From assembly GCA_020184695.1 (NCBI GenBank), contig JAANOX010000064.1:1-64000 (forward strand): 64,000 bases of DNA, written 5' to 3'. Positions 20,770 to 30,860 of the stretch are shown piece after piece (the stretch's first letter is position 1; each line of letters begins with the position of its first letter). The position numbers and the translations under genes are program-made. Below the pieces are notes generated by a model. It did no database searches. It was not told the origin of the DNA and worked only from the letters and a program-made list of their open reading frames with translations. This DNA is from Histomonas meleagridis 2922-C6/04-290x. Its lineage: Eukaryota; Protista; Parabasalia.

Positions 20770-22500
20770 ATGACAACAATCAAGTTAGGTATCTTCTCTG
20801 ATACACATCTTGGTAACAATGAAACAGATGTTATTCGTGCAAATGATTCTTTTGAAGCATTTGAACAATCTTTAAGAATATTCCATGAAAATAATGTTGA
20901 CGCAATTCTTCATGCTGGAGATTTATTTGATATTCCAACACCTTCAAAGTCATCTCTTAACAAGGCAATTGAAATCCTTCAAAAATATATTTTCATGGAT
21001 CCAATTGAAGAAAGAGAACCAATCGAAGTTGAAGAATATCCCGAACCTGGAAAAGCATTAGTTCATGAACCAAACACACATGATCCAAATATATTAATTA
21101 AAACACCAATTTTTATGATTCATGGAAATCATGATCCTCCTGTTGGCCTTGGATCATTAAGTGCCTGTGACCTATTCTCATCAATTCATTACATTAATTA
21201 TTTTAGTAAGCTCATAAATCCAAATGAGATTGTTCTTAATCCTGTAATCATTCATAAAGACAATATTCGTGTATGTGTCTATGGATTTCATAACATTTCT
21301 GAGGCATCTTTTGCTGTAGCACTTAAACAACGCCAAGTCTTTTTTGTTCAACCAGATCCAATTGAAGGTGTTTATCAATATAACATTTTACTCCTTCATC
21401 AAAACTTCCGAATTTATGAACGTAACTCATCTAACCCCTTAACAACCTCGGAATATTTGTCTAATATATTTCGTGCAAATCAAATCAATATTAATTTAGT
21501 AGTTTGGGGTCACGAACATCAAGGCAAGATGGAAATTGAAATTACCAATGGAGTACATATCTTTCAACCAGGTTCTACAGTTGCAACAGACATTGGCGGT
21601 GATTTTCAATTTGAAAACCGCGGAGTTGGGGTGCTCCAAATATCGTTCGAACAAGAAAATTTCACTTATTATCATTTAGACTCCCGACCATGTAAATATA
21701 AAGTCCTAGAACTCAAGGGGAACAAATACCGTACTGCAAAAGATGTTGTTTCCAAAATCAAGGAAACAATTGAAGAGATGATAGAAATGTCAAAACCAAA
21801 ACCTTATCCAATTATTTATTTAAAGGTAGTTAGTGAAACCTTTGATCTCAGTGATATTTCAGATAAGAAGATTATGGGCGAATATTCAAGTTTAGTCGCA
21901 AATCCAATGAAATTCCTAAAACTTTCTCATCGAAAACGACAAAGCAAGCGTAGCCAAAAGAGGGATGATCAAGAAAATACTGAATCAGGGCCAGTTCAAA
22001 TTGAGACGTTAATTGAAAATCGATTTTTAGAAGATAGTTTATCATTTCTTAATGTTGCCACATTTAATGCGTCATTAAAGTCATTTATCTACAGCAATGA
22101 AAAGAACTCGCAAAAGATCTTTGAAGAGAATCTTAACAAGCTGAAAAACATCCGCGTCGATTACCTCATCGAAAACGCCGCTGAATGGGGCACCCAACAT
22201 GAGATTGAAGCGATCGATGCGGTAACAGCCAAAGAGTACATCAGCTCGCAAAAGCAAAATTTGCCGGACTTAAGCATCGACTTGTCGAGCGCAGTGGTCA
22301 CTGTTAGCAATGAAGCAGAAAATAGTGGCGAAAAAAGCGTCAAGAAAAGAGGGAGAAGGAAAAGAAAAGATCAAGAAAAAGAAGATAACGAAAGCGAAAA
22401 TAATGTCCTCGAAGTGGAAGAGCCTGTACATCCTTCAAGGCCAAGAAGAAGAGCAAATAGGAATGAGAAACCAGCTTCGGAATTCATAACATCAAAATAA
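20770..22500 (+). CDS. MRE11: Double-strand break repair nuclease Mre11
   Basis: Phosphoesterase motifs SDTHLG, AGDLFD, IHGNHDPP, LLHQN, WGHEH and QPGSTVAT. Confidence 0.95.
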   Translation: MTTIKLGIFSDTHLGNNETDVIRANDSFEAFEQSLRIFHENNVDAILHAGDLFDIPTPSKSSLNKAIEILQKYIFMDPIEEREPIEVEEYPEPGKALVHEPNTHDPNILIKTPIFMIHGNHDPPVGLGSLSACDLFSSIHYINYFSKLINPNEIVLNPVIIHKDNIRVCVYGFHNISEASFAVALKQRQVFFVQPDPIEGVYQYNILLLHQNFRIYERNSSNPLTTSEYLSNIFRANQININLVVWGHEHQGKMEIEITNGVHIFQPGSTVATDIGGDFQFENRGVGVLQISFEQENFTYYHLDSRPCKYKVLELKGNKYRTAKDVVSKIKETIEEMIEMSKPKPYPIIYLKVVSETFDLSDISDKKIMGEYSSLVANPMKFLKLSHRKRQSKRSQKRDDQENTESGPVQIETLIENRFLEDSLSFLNVATFNASLKSFIYSNEKNSQKIFEENLNKLKNIRVDYLIENAAEWGTQHEIEAIDAVTAKEYISSQKQNLPDLSIDLSSAVVTVSNEAENSGEKSVKKRGRRKRKDQEKEDNESENNVLEVEEPVHPSRPRRRANRNEKPASEFITSK

Positions 22501-22859
22501 ATGTGAATTTTCTTTTATTGTGTAATCCCTTTCAACGTACTTGTTGCCCGTTCTGTTTTATTTTTTTAAGGAAGTATTTAATAGCGAATAATGACCAGCT
22601 GGTTAGCTAACTACATGTTTTTGTTCGATTATTTTCATGATTTTAATTCGTAGCACTCTTTTTCTCAGAAAAAAAATTTATTCTTTAATATTAAAGTGTG
22701 TATTAATTGTAAAAACATACCAAATTCTTTATGATAGTATGTTTCTTCAAAAGTAATAACTGAACTATTTTCTATATAATACTATATCGAACACACAGGG
22801 AAATAGAAATATCCGTTATGTTTAAAACATTATATATAGAAAAAACACAAGAATTTAAA

Positions 22860-22880
22860 TATATATATATATATATATAT
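22860..22880. repeat. (AT)n microsatellite
   Basis: Uninterrupted run of about 10 AT units. Confidence 0.9.
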
Positions 22881-23086
22881 TAGTTTACACGATTTATTTT
22901 ATTTAAATTATTAAAAATTAAATATTAAATAAATCTTTTCTAAGTATATTACATTTTGATGAATAGAAAGAAAGACAATTGTATTTTTATGAGATTATTT
23001 GAACTAAATCAAAACCTTTGGTTGTATTGTAGACAAAACCTTTGGATAAAATGGTTCTTGATTCTGAATTATAATTAGTGTTTGAT

Positions 23087-23204
23087 TCAGCAATTTTCAC
23101 GTTCAAGAAGTAATTTAACTGTATCAAAATTACCTTCCCATGTTGCATATATTAAAGGTGTTTCAAAAAAATAAATAACTTTGTGATTCCATAAATATGT
23201 TTTA
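23087..23204 (-). pseudogene. Orphan ankyrin module with the 3' half of the conserved spacer
   Basis: TPLIYATWEGNFDTVKLLLERENC* starts at 23161. It is preceded by ...atttatggaatcacaaagttatttatttttttgaa, similar to the spacer end aatatttggaaattatttaaattatttgaa in the 30.8 and 37.2 kb arrays. Confidence 0.7.
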
Positions 23205-23674
23205 CTCTTAGATGTCAAATGGCTCTTAGACACCAAAGGCGACGAATCGTATCTTCGCCGAGTCGTTAAGCCATTAGAATGGATGTTAATAAAATATAAT
23301 GAAGGACTCATCGGTCGATGCAGTGTGTCACGGCGCTAAAGTTATGATTCCTGGTATACTTCGATTTGAGAACGGAATCGAAGTTGACGAAGTTGTTGTG
23401 ATCATAACGACGAAAGGAGAAGCAATCGCATTGGGGATTGCGTTAATGACGACAGAGCAAATGTACAATAGTGACCATGGGTTCGCTGCAAAGATTAAGC
23501 GAGTCATCATGGACGGAAGCATATATCCGAAGTGTTGTGGCAAGGGAACCGTTGCGCAGGAGAAGAAGAGGAGGATAAAGGCATGTCTTATTACTCAACG
23601 AGAAGTTGAAGCCAAACGAGAAAATTCATGCAAATTGGGTAATGAATTACCTCAAAGGGAAACTGAATCAATGA
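23205..23674 (+). pseudogene. DKC1: Dyskerin/Cbf5 (H/ACA pseudouridine synthase) 3' fragment covering the PUA domain
   Basis: [30 protein letters not shown], then a frameshift at about 23297 into [24 protein letters not shown]...TTKGEAIA...KRVIMD, then a second shift into [14 protein letters not shown]. No TruB catalytic domain upstream. Confidence 0.9.
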
Positions 23675-24015
23675 TTTTAATAAAGAAAATATTCAAATTG
23701 AAAATTCGTTTTAGTAATTTTAAATTTAAATTTTGTTGAAGTTCTGATTTTGATAAATAAATAGAATACAAAATAAGAATTATATCCATATCGAACATGT
23801 GTTCAGTGTTATGCAATTGCATCAAAAATTTCTTGAAAATTTATATTTTGTTGAAGTTCTAATTTTGATATATTAGTGCCCATATTAAACAGGTTAGCAG
23901 TGATATTATGCAGCTATATAAAAAAAACAACATATCTCATGATAAAAATATTATTCAAATTATAAATTTAAGTTTCACCGATTTTTTTTTACTTAATTAA
24001 GCAAATGTTTTTATG

Positions 24016-26370
24016 TTAAATATGATTAATGAATTTTTCTTCTTTGAAATCATCAGCAAATGGATCTTCATCAATATTATTCGTTGATGTTCCCATTGCA
24101 AATGTATTTTCTTTTTCATTTTCATTTTCTTCGAAACTTTTTGCTTCTTGTTCATTACTTATTTGCTTCTTATTATGAATTCGCACCAAAACTATGATAA
24201 GTATTGCAATTATTACAATTACGACAACTGCAACGCAAACACTTATAATTATTATTGTGTTTTTATTATCATCTTTAATATTTTCATTTTGATATATAAT
24301 TGTAAAGAAATTACTATAATATATGTAATAAGTCGAATATATAACAACAGTATATTCGTAATAAATAAATACACTCAAAACATAAGTTAATGCCGAATTA
24401 AAAATAGAAACAGAAAATGAATTCGAATAAGTTGATTTATAAATACTTATTGTTTGCGTAATAGATAATGATTGTGTTAATGTTATTGTATTCGTTAATG
24501 TTATACCATTTGAATATGAAAAAGTAAATGAATTCGAAACAACAAATGAAATTTCATATGAATTAGTAAATGCATTAGATTTCGTTAATGTATTCGATTT
24601 AGTATATGTATTTGTCATAGGAAATGTATTTGTTAATAAGGCGCATTCATTTATTATTGTTCCTTTGGCCACATTTAATCCGCCAAATGTTGATCCATTA
24701 TATGAATTTGTTGTCATGACAATTTCTGCTGCTACATTTATAAATATATTTGATGAATTTGTAGGATCTGTTTCGCCAAAGTAATAGATGCATTTGAGTT
24801 TATCGCATGATGAAAATGCATTTACTTCAATTGAAGTAACATTTTCGCCAATATAAATCGTTTCTAAATTAATACATGAAGCAAATGAATAACTTCCAAT
24901 TTCTTTTACTGAAAATGGAACTTCAAACTTAACATTTAAATTTCCTGATGGATAAATATTGATTCTATTGATTTCTTTATCATATAAAATTCCATCACTT
25001 TGATAATTAGCAAAATATAAATTTTCATTCGAAACATTAATGAATTTAAGTTTTGTACATGAACTAAATGCATTAATTTCAATTACACTTACATTTTCTC
25101 CAATAGAAATCGTTTCTATACTCGTACAGAATGCAAAAACATAATTCCCTATTGTTGCTACTTTATTAGGAATTGTAATATTTATTAATGATATGCAATA
25201 TGAAAATGCAGAAATTCCAATTCTTTCAACATTTTCTCCAATAAAAAATATTTTCAAATTGGAACATGAATAAAATGCAGAATTTCCAATTTCTGTTACT
25301 TTGTTTGGAATTGTAATATTTACTAATGATCTGCAATATGAAAATGCAGAAACTCCAATTCTTTCAACATTTTCTCCAATAAAAACTATTCTCAAATTAG
25401 AACATGATGAAAATGCAGAATTTCCAATTTCTGTTACTTTGTTTGGAATTGTAATATTTACTAATGATATGCAATATGAAAATGCAGAATTTCCAATTGT
25501 TGTTACATTTTCTCCAATAAAAACTATTTTTAAATTAGAACATGATGAAAATGCAGAATTTCCAATTAAAATGATTGATTCATTCATTTTGATACTTTCC
25601 AAATTATTCCACTCAGAAAAACAATTATCTCCAATTCCAGTGATGGAACCTCCAATAATAAGATGAATTATTTCATTTTTATACAGCATTCTATCTTCAT
25701 AATCTGTTGAATTGGAAATAGTAAGTGTTTTAGTTGAATTATCAAAAGTTGAGAAACATTTTGTGAAAAATGTAAAAAGAAAAATCAAACAAAAATTTTC
25801 AATTCGATATATTTTATGGTATTTATTTAGTAAAAAAAATTTAATTGAACAAAAATTATATAAAAGCAAAAAGATAAAAGATAAAATCAAATAAATGACA
25901 TTGATTTTAAAGATACAAAAATTGTTTTCTTTGAAAATAATATTAAAAATAAAATCAAATATTTGAGATTTGAAAATTTTATGATTTGATAAATGAGAAT
26001 GAAAAGGTAATGAATGGGCATATGCTTGGTTGAAATAAAAAGAACAATTTGTTAAAAAAATTAAAGGGAAATATAATTTGTTATGAAAATTTAAAGATTG
26101 ATGATAATCATAAATCAAACTGTTGAGTTTTTTAGAAGTATTAATATGATTAAATGACAAAAGCATGTTCCTAAGAGGCGGCAAGATCTGCCTTTTTTTG
26201 ATTTGGTGTAGTTGATATTGAAAATTTAAATGATAATTACAAATAATATTGAAAATAGTTTTACTTAAAGTGATAACAAAGAAGAAAATATGGGGAAGCG
26301 ATATCTTTGTAGCAAGATATGATGTTTTATTCGTGTGTTTCAAAATGTTCGTTCTGGTTTGAAATGACAT
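24016..26370 (-). CDS. BspA-like (TpLRR) surface protein with S/T-rich stalk, transmembrane helix and acidic tail; true start uncertain
   Basis: Repeats ITIPNKVTEIGNSAFSSCSNL and IGENVERIGxSAFSYC, TM IIIISVCVAVVVIVIIAILIIVLV, tail EDPFADDFKEEKF. Start options: 26370, 25689 (in-frame), or an out-of-frame ATG at 25759 after TCACA. Confidence 0.88.
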   Translation of the reverse strand: MSFQTRTNILKHTNKTSYLATKISLPHIFFFVITLSKTIFNIICNYHLNFQYQLHQIKKRQILPPLRNMLLSFNHINTSKKLNSLIYDYHQSLNFHNKLYFPLIFLTNCSFYFNQAYAHSLPFHSHLSNHKIFKSQIFDFIFNIIFKENNFCIFKINVIYLILSFIFLLLYNFCSIKFFLLNKYHKIYRIENFCLIFLFTFFTKCFSTFDNSTKTLTISNSTDYEDRMLYKNEIIHLIIGGSITGIGDNCFSEWNNLESIKMNESIILIGNSAFSSCSNLKIVFIGENVTTIGNSAFSYCISLVNITIPNKVTEIGNSAFSSCSNLRIVFIGENVERIGVSAFSYCRSLVNITIPNKVTEIGNSAFYSCSNLKIFFIGENVERIGISAFSYCISLINITIPNKVATIGNYVFAFCTSIETISIGENVSVIEINAFSSCTKLKFINVSNENLYFANYQSDGILYDKEINRINIYPSGNLNVKFEVPFSVKEIGSYSFASCINLETIYIGENVTSIEVNAFSSCDKLKCIYYFGETDPTNSSNIFINVAAEIVMTTNSYNGSTFGGLNVAKGTIINECALLTNTFPMTNTYTKSNTLTKSNAFTNSYEISFVVSNSFTFSYSNGITLTNTITLTQSLSITQTISIYKSTYSNSFSVSIFNSALTYVLSVFIYYEYTVVIYSTYYIYYSNFFTIIYQNENIKDDNKNTIIIISVCVAVVVIVIIAILIIVLVRIHNKKQISNEQEAKSFEENENEKENTFAMGTSTNNIDEDPFADDFKEEKFINHI
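25195..25570 (-). repeat. 69/138-bp coding LRR tandem repeats in the BspA gene
   Basis: gaaaatgcagaa-ttccaatt recurs every 69 bp (23 aa), with near-identical 138-bp doublets. Confidence 0.9.
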
Positions 26371-26859
26371 AAAGAGTTGCGGTCGACAGTTTCAGGTTTC
26401 TTGGTTACAGTAACTGAAATTGACAATTTGCAGGTTCTAAATATGTAAATTTTTTTTAGATATCGAAATATAATAATGAATAAAAAATTTTGCCTTTGTT
26501 TGCTGCTTTGCTATTCAGAACGTGCATTTGTTTAGAAGATATTTTTGTTTTAGGTGCGGAATATTTGAATACAAAACAACGACTGAACCCATCCTAAAAA
26601 ACTAAGGAATTGATAGAATTCTTTTAGTTTACATATATAAACATTTTAATATTCACTTTTTGATAAATTTGTCACTTTTGTTTAATAAAACGGTTATGAT
26701 CCACTTTGTGCACGACCGTTTAGCAAAGATTGAATTTCCGCCATTCGTTTCATCGATTCATATTTTTTTTGATGTCTACGGGAAATTTAACAGACCCAAC
26801 ATTAAGTGCAAAAGATAAAATTCATCTATTACATAAATACAATTCGAATTTGAGTTTAA

Positions 26860-27617
26860 CTTCACGATTTTGAACATAGTTTATAATTCAAAGCAAGATT
26901 GGAAAAGGAATGGATGAAACTGTTTTCTCAGTTATTAACAATTCTTCTGGGAAAAGTTATGCTATGGTATAAAACGCATTAAAAATATTTCTTTTGATAA
27001 TATTTTTAATGAAATCTTGATTTTATCACAAATTTCGCATCTCAATGTTATCGAATGTTTTGACATATGATTTGAGCATAATCCACAAAAAGACAACATT
27101 CAAATGTAATTATGATCAAACTTAAATATCACTGAATCGTGTGAAAAAGATTTATTTTATGGCAAACTTCAAAAATGTATTTATATTTCTAAGTGCCTTA
27201 AATATCTCCACGATAACAACATCACTCATTGTGACTTAAAGCCCTCCAATATTGTTACTGGAAATGGTGGTCTTCCAAAGATCATTGATTTTGGCATTTC
27301 AACATTTAATATGTTCATAAATGACGATGTCATAAAAAGTTCGACTCCACTTTAAGCTTCTCCGGAACATGAAAAAAGGAAAAGCTGAGTCCCAAATTTG
27401 ATATTAATAGCCTTGGAATCATTTTCTCGAAGTTTTTGGGTCATTTAACACTCAAAAGTCGAAAATGAAAACTATAAAACAACTTAAGGACAACGACGTA
27501 GCAAACATAAATACTGACGAAAAATTAAAATCACTTATCAGCAAAATGACTGATAAGGATTCAAGCAAAAGACCAAATGCTGATGAAGTTATCAGTGCAC
27601 TTGAGTCTTTGCTTTAA
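26860..27617 (+). pseudogene. Ser/Thr protein kinase pseudogene
   Basis: Contains KIGKG...GKSYAM(stop), FNEILILSQISHLNVI, LKYLHDNNITHCDLKPSNI...KIIDFGIS, TPL*ASPE (TAA at 27353), DINSLG and DSSKRPNADEV. Several stops and frameshifts. Confidence 0.9.
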
Positions 27618-27879
27618 AATAAATAAATTAATATGAAAAAAACATAAAAACCAATTAATTAATGTATTGGTAAAAAATGACTATTAGGAAAATATTCCTA
27701 AAGATATAAAAACCAATTTTTATATTGGATATGTTTTTTTAATACAAAACTTTTTTTTTTAAATTATTTTTTATTTCGAAATGAAATTGTGTAAATGTGT
27801 TAGAAATTCTTTTGATTTTCTGGATGAAGAATTGATAAAGAGAGCGGATATATGATAAACTTCTTAACATATTATTCAT

Positions 27880-28518
27880 TTCTCAGATTGTCATGCATCA
27901 CCAGCTTTTACATGTATTGAATCAATAAATGTTATGTCATTATACTATTATAACGATATAACATTTGGTCCTTTTAATGTTACAAAAGAAACAACTGTTG
28001 AAGTATGTATTACTTGGTCAACTCAAACTTTCACATAATCAAATTTATTTTAATTCAAATATTTTTTCAGATCAAATGCATTCACACAAGAATACATTTA
28101 CGAAATATAATTCATTTACTCTGTCCAACATATTCATAAAATCAAATACATTTACAACATCATTGCAAGTAGGTCAATATATTTTAATAACATACACATT
28201 AATATATTTAATTAATATATTAACATTACATGCCCAATCACTAAGTTTTTATAATTTTACTTATTTATATTTACTTTCATTTGCAAATGAATATATATAT
28301 ATATATTTATATTTTGTTCATTAGAATTATACAATGCCCAACGATTTTCAGCTATTACAATAATTTAAATTGTTTTGATATTCCCCTGAGTTATAAGCAA
28401 TAAAAATAGTAATGCAACTAGTTTAAGAGTGAGAAATAATTCGGTGACATCAAGTTCAAAACATATGAAAGAAATCAACGAAAATATTCAAGAAATGACT
28501 AAAGAAGTTAAATGTTAA
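27880..28518 (+). pseudogene. Decayed 3' part of a BspA-like gene (stalk and tail remnant)
   Basis: FGPFNVTKETTVEVC resembles FGGLNVAKGTIINEC of the 24 kb gene. S/N/T/F-rich stalk pieces and a tail VTSSSKHMKEINENIQE resemble the 42 kb gene. Many stops. Confidence 0.55.
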
Positions 28519-28619
28519 TTATAAACATACAAATTACATAAAAACGAAAATTATTTCATGAATTCATTTATTAATGTTTAACATTTATCAAAGTACTTTC
28601 TATTTAAAGAAATTACACA

Positions 28620-29558
28620 TTATTATTATTTTTATATCCATTGGTCCTGATCTTCCAACACGAGTTCATTATATTCCTGATTTACTTCATCTGATCTCAT
28701 ATCGCTTCCAGTTGAATTTTTAGTTTCGAATTTTATTGCTGTTACTTTTCTTTGATTTCTTCACAAGGAATATGATAATTCCCACAATCAGCAAAACTGC
28801 AATTATTGTGCCGCAGATAATACAACAATACTACAGTCAGTGATTATTTTCGATTATTGTTGAGATGATCACTGACTTCTTCCAAACGCTTTGATCACTT
28901 AATACGAATCTACGAAATGATACGTGATCAGTCATCAAAAAAAATAATATTCGATATATTAATGAACATTGTTGTGGGAATAGTTTATAAGGCTCTAATA
29001 CATTCGATGCGATTTCTTTTAAGTCCAAAAATGATTGCTTAAGGATTTCAGTGTTTGATAAGAAGTTAATACTTTTCGACATTACGATTTTGAAGCAATA
29101 GTTTAAGTCATTACGTATTAAATATCGTGCAACATTCGATAACATATAACCTTGTACATTCTCACGCATTTTCTTCACAGTAGATAATGATGATGTAATA
29201 CGTTGATAATGTATTCGTAATGCTGATTAATGATTTCATATATCTTCGGAAATAATGATGAGATTGATTTAGTGTTATTAATCGTATAATAAAATAATGC
29301 ATCCGATTGTGTTAAAAATTTCTCGGAGACAAAATACCGAGCAACAATTCGCATTTTCTCAAAGAACTCTTTCGCATTCTTCGGCTTAAATGATGATATA
29401 CTTACTGCAAATGATGGGAAATTAGCAATGATGTCACAGAAGTAATTCTCGAATGGAAAGTTAAGTAAATTCGTTGTGCTAACTTCTTCATCAAATGAGA
29501 AAAGTGATTTAGTTCGGACTGATTTAGCTGCAATTGTTACTTCTTTTTGTCGTAACAA
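28620..29558 (-). pseudogene. Fragmented ORF of unknown family
   Basis: Two abutting coding-like ORFs (29175..29558 and 28837..29178) in different frames, plus further broken sequence. No recognisable motif. Confidence 0.3.
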
Positions 29559-29693
29559 TACAATTTTAAAATGTTCATTAATATATTCGTTCTTGATGAA
29601 ATTATAAGGTGTTTTTTCTGACAGACTTTACGAAAAGTGCCTTTGGTTCTCTCAAAAAAGTGGCATATAAACATTTGATTGTTAATTATTTAT

Positions 29694-30860
29694 ATGGAGA
29701 AATTGCTTCAACTTGAGCAATTAATACTTAATCTAAGTGAGGATAATTTAAGTTCAACAGTACAACAAACAACGCAATTATTCGAATCAAACATCCCATA
29801 TTCATTTAATTTGCTTGTAAGCAATTTGCTTTATTTTGTGTTTTTCTCAAGAAAGAAAGAGATAGACATATATTTAGAGTTATTTAAAAAAATTCAAATG
29901 CAAGAAAAAGAAATAAACAAAAGCAGTCCTGAAATTACTGAAATTTTTATTGAAAATATTTCTGGTATTCGAAGTTGTGAAGCTTATTACTTAATAGAAC
30001 AAATGATTAAAAGGAATTATGTTGATAAAAGTATTACTGAAAGCATTCAATCAAAATATTTTGCTCATTATAAAACAGAAAAAGAAAACAAAAAAAGCTA
30101 TAATGATTTATTCGAAGATTATTTCTTCGATAATTATGATAAACTTTCACAAAATGATTTTAAGCTTCATAAGAAATTCATTGAAGAAGGACATAATCCA
30201 AATGAAATTGCAAAAATAATACGAGATGATGAAATCGAAAAACTTCAAGAAATATCATCACAAAGTAATTTTGATTTTAATCAAACAATTGCACCATCAC
30301 TTTATGAAAGATGTTCATTTATTAATCAAAACAATGTTACATTAATTTATTATGCAGCATTTTTTGGATCAGTTAAATGTTTCAAATATTTACTTTTGAA
30401 TGGTGCTAAAGTAAATAACACAGGTAAATATGCAATTGCAGGTGGAAATGAAGAAATCATTCATTTATGTGAACAAAATCATTCATCTTTTAAAGATGCA
30501 TATGAAGCAGCAATTGAATTTCATCGAAATGATATCTTTAAATATATTTATGAAAACAAACTTGAAAAAACTTATAATTTAGAAGAATTAGGGGAGAAAT
30601 GTATTATATATTATAATTTTGATGTTTTTTCATTTTTAATAGATGAAGGAATGAAAATTAATGATGATATTATTAATGCTTCAGTAAGAACAGGCAACAT
30701 ATTCATTGTGAAGTATTTGCACCAAAATAATCGATTTTCAAAAGATATTTTAAAATATTCTGTAGATTCAAAAAATAATGAACTTATTAAATATATTTTA
30801 GAACAAGGAATTGATATTAATATCAAAAATGTTCAAATGTATTGTTTAATATTTATTTAA
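29694..30860 (+). CDS. DUF3447-ankyrin protein, 5' part; the ORF stops inside the first spacer
   Basis: ATG at 29694 (MEKLLQ). Contains LIYYAAFFGSVKCFKYLLLNGA, YAIAGGNEEIIHLCEQ and AIEFHRNDIF. Ends GIDINIKN followed by spacer-encoded VQMYCLIFI*. Confidence 0.88.
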   Translation: MEKLLQLEQLILNLSEDNLSSTVQQTTQLFESNIPYSFNLLVSNLLYFVFFSRKKEIDIYLELFKKIQMQEKEINKSSPEITEIFIENISGIRSCEAYYLIEQMIKRNYVDKSITESIQSKYFAHYKTEKENKKSYNDLFEDYFFDNYDKLSQNDFKLHKKFIEEGHNPNEIAKIIRDDEIEKLQEISSQSNFDFNQTIAPSLYERCSFINQNNVTLIYYAAFFGSVKCFKYLLLNGAKVNNTGKYAIAGGNEEIIHLCEQNHSSFKDAYEAAIEFHRNDIFKYIYENKLEKTYNLEELGEKCIIYYNFDVFSFLIDEGMKINDDIINASVRTGNIFIVKYLHQNNRFSKDILKYSVDSKNNELIKYILEQGIDINIKNVQMYCLIFI

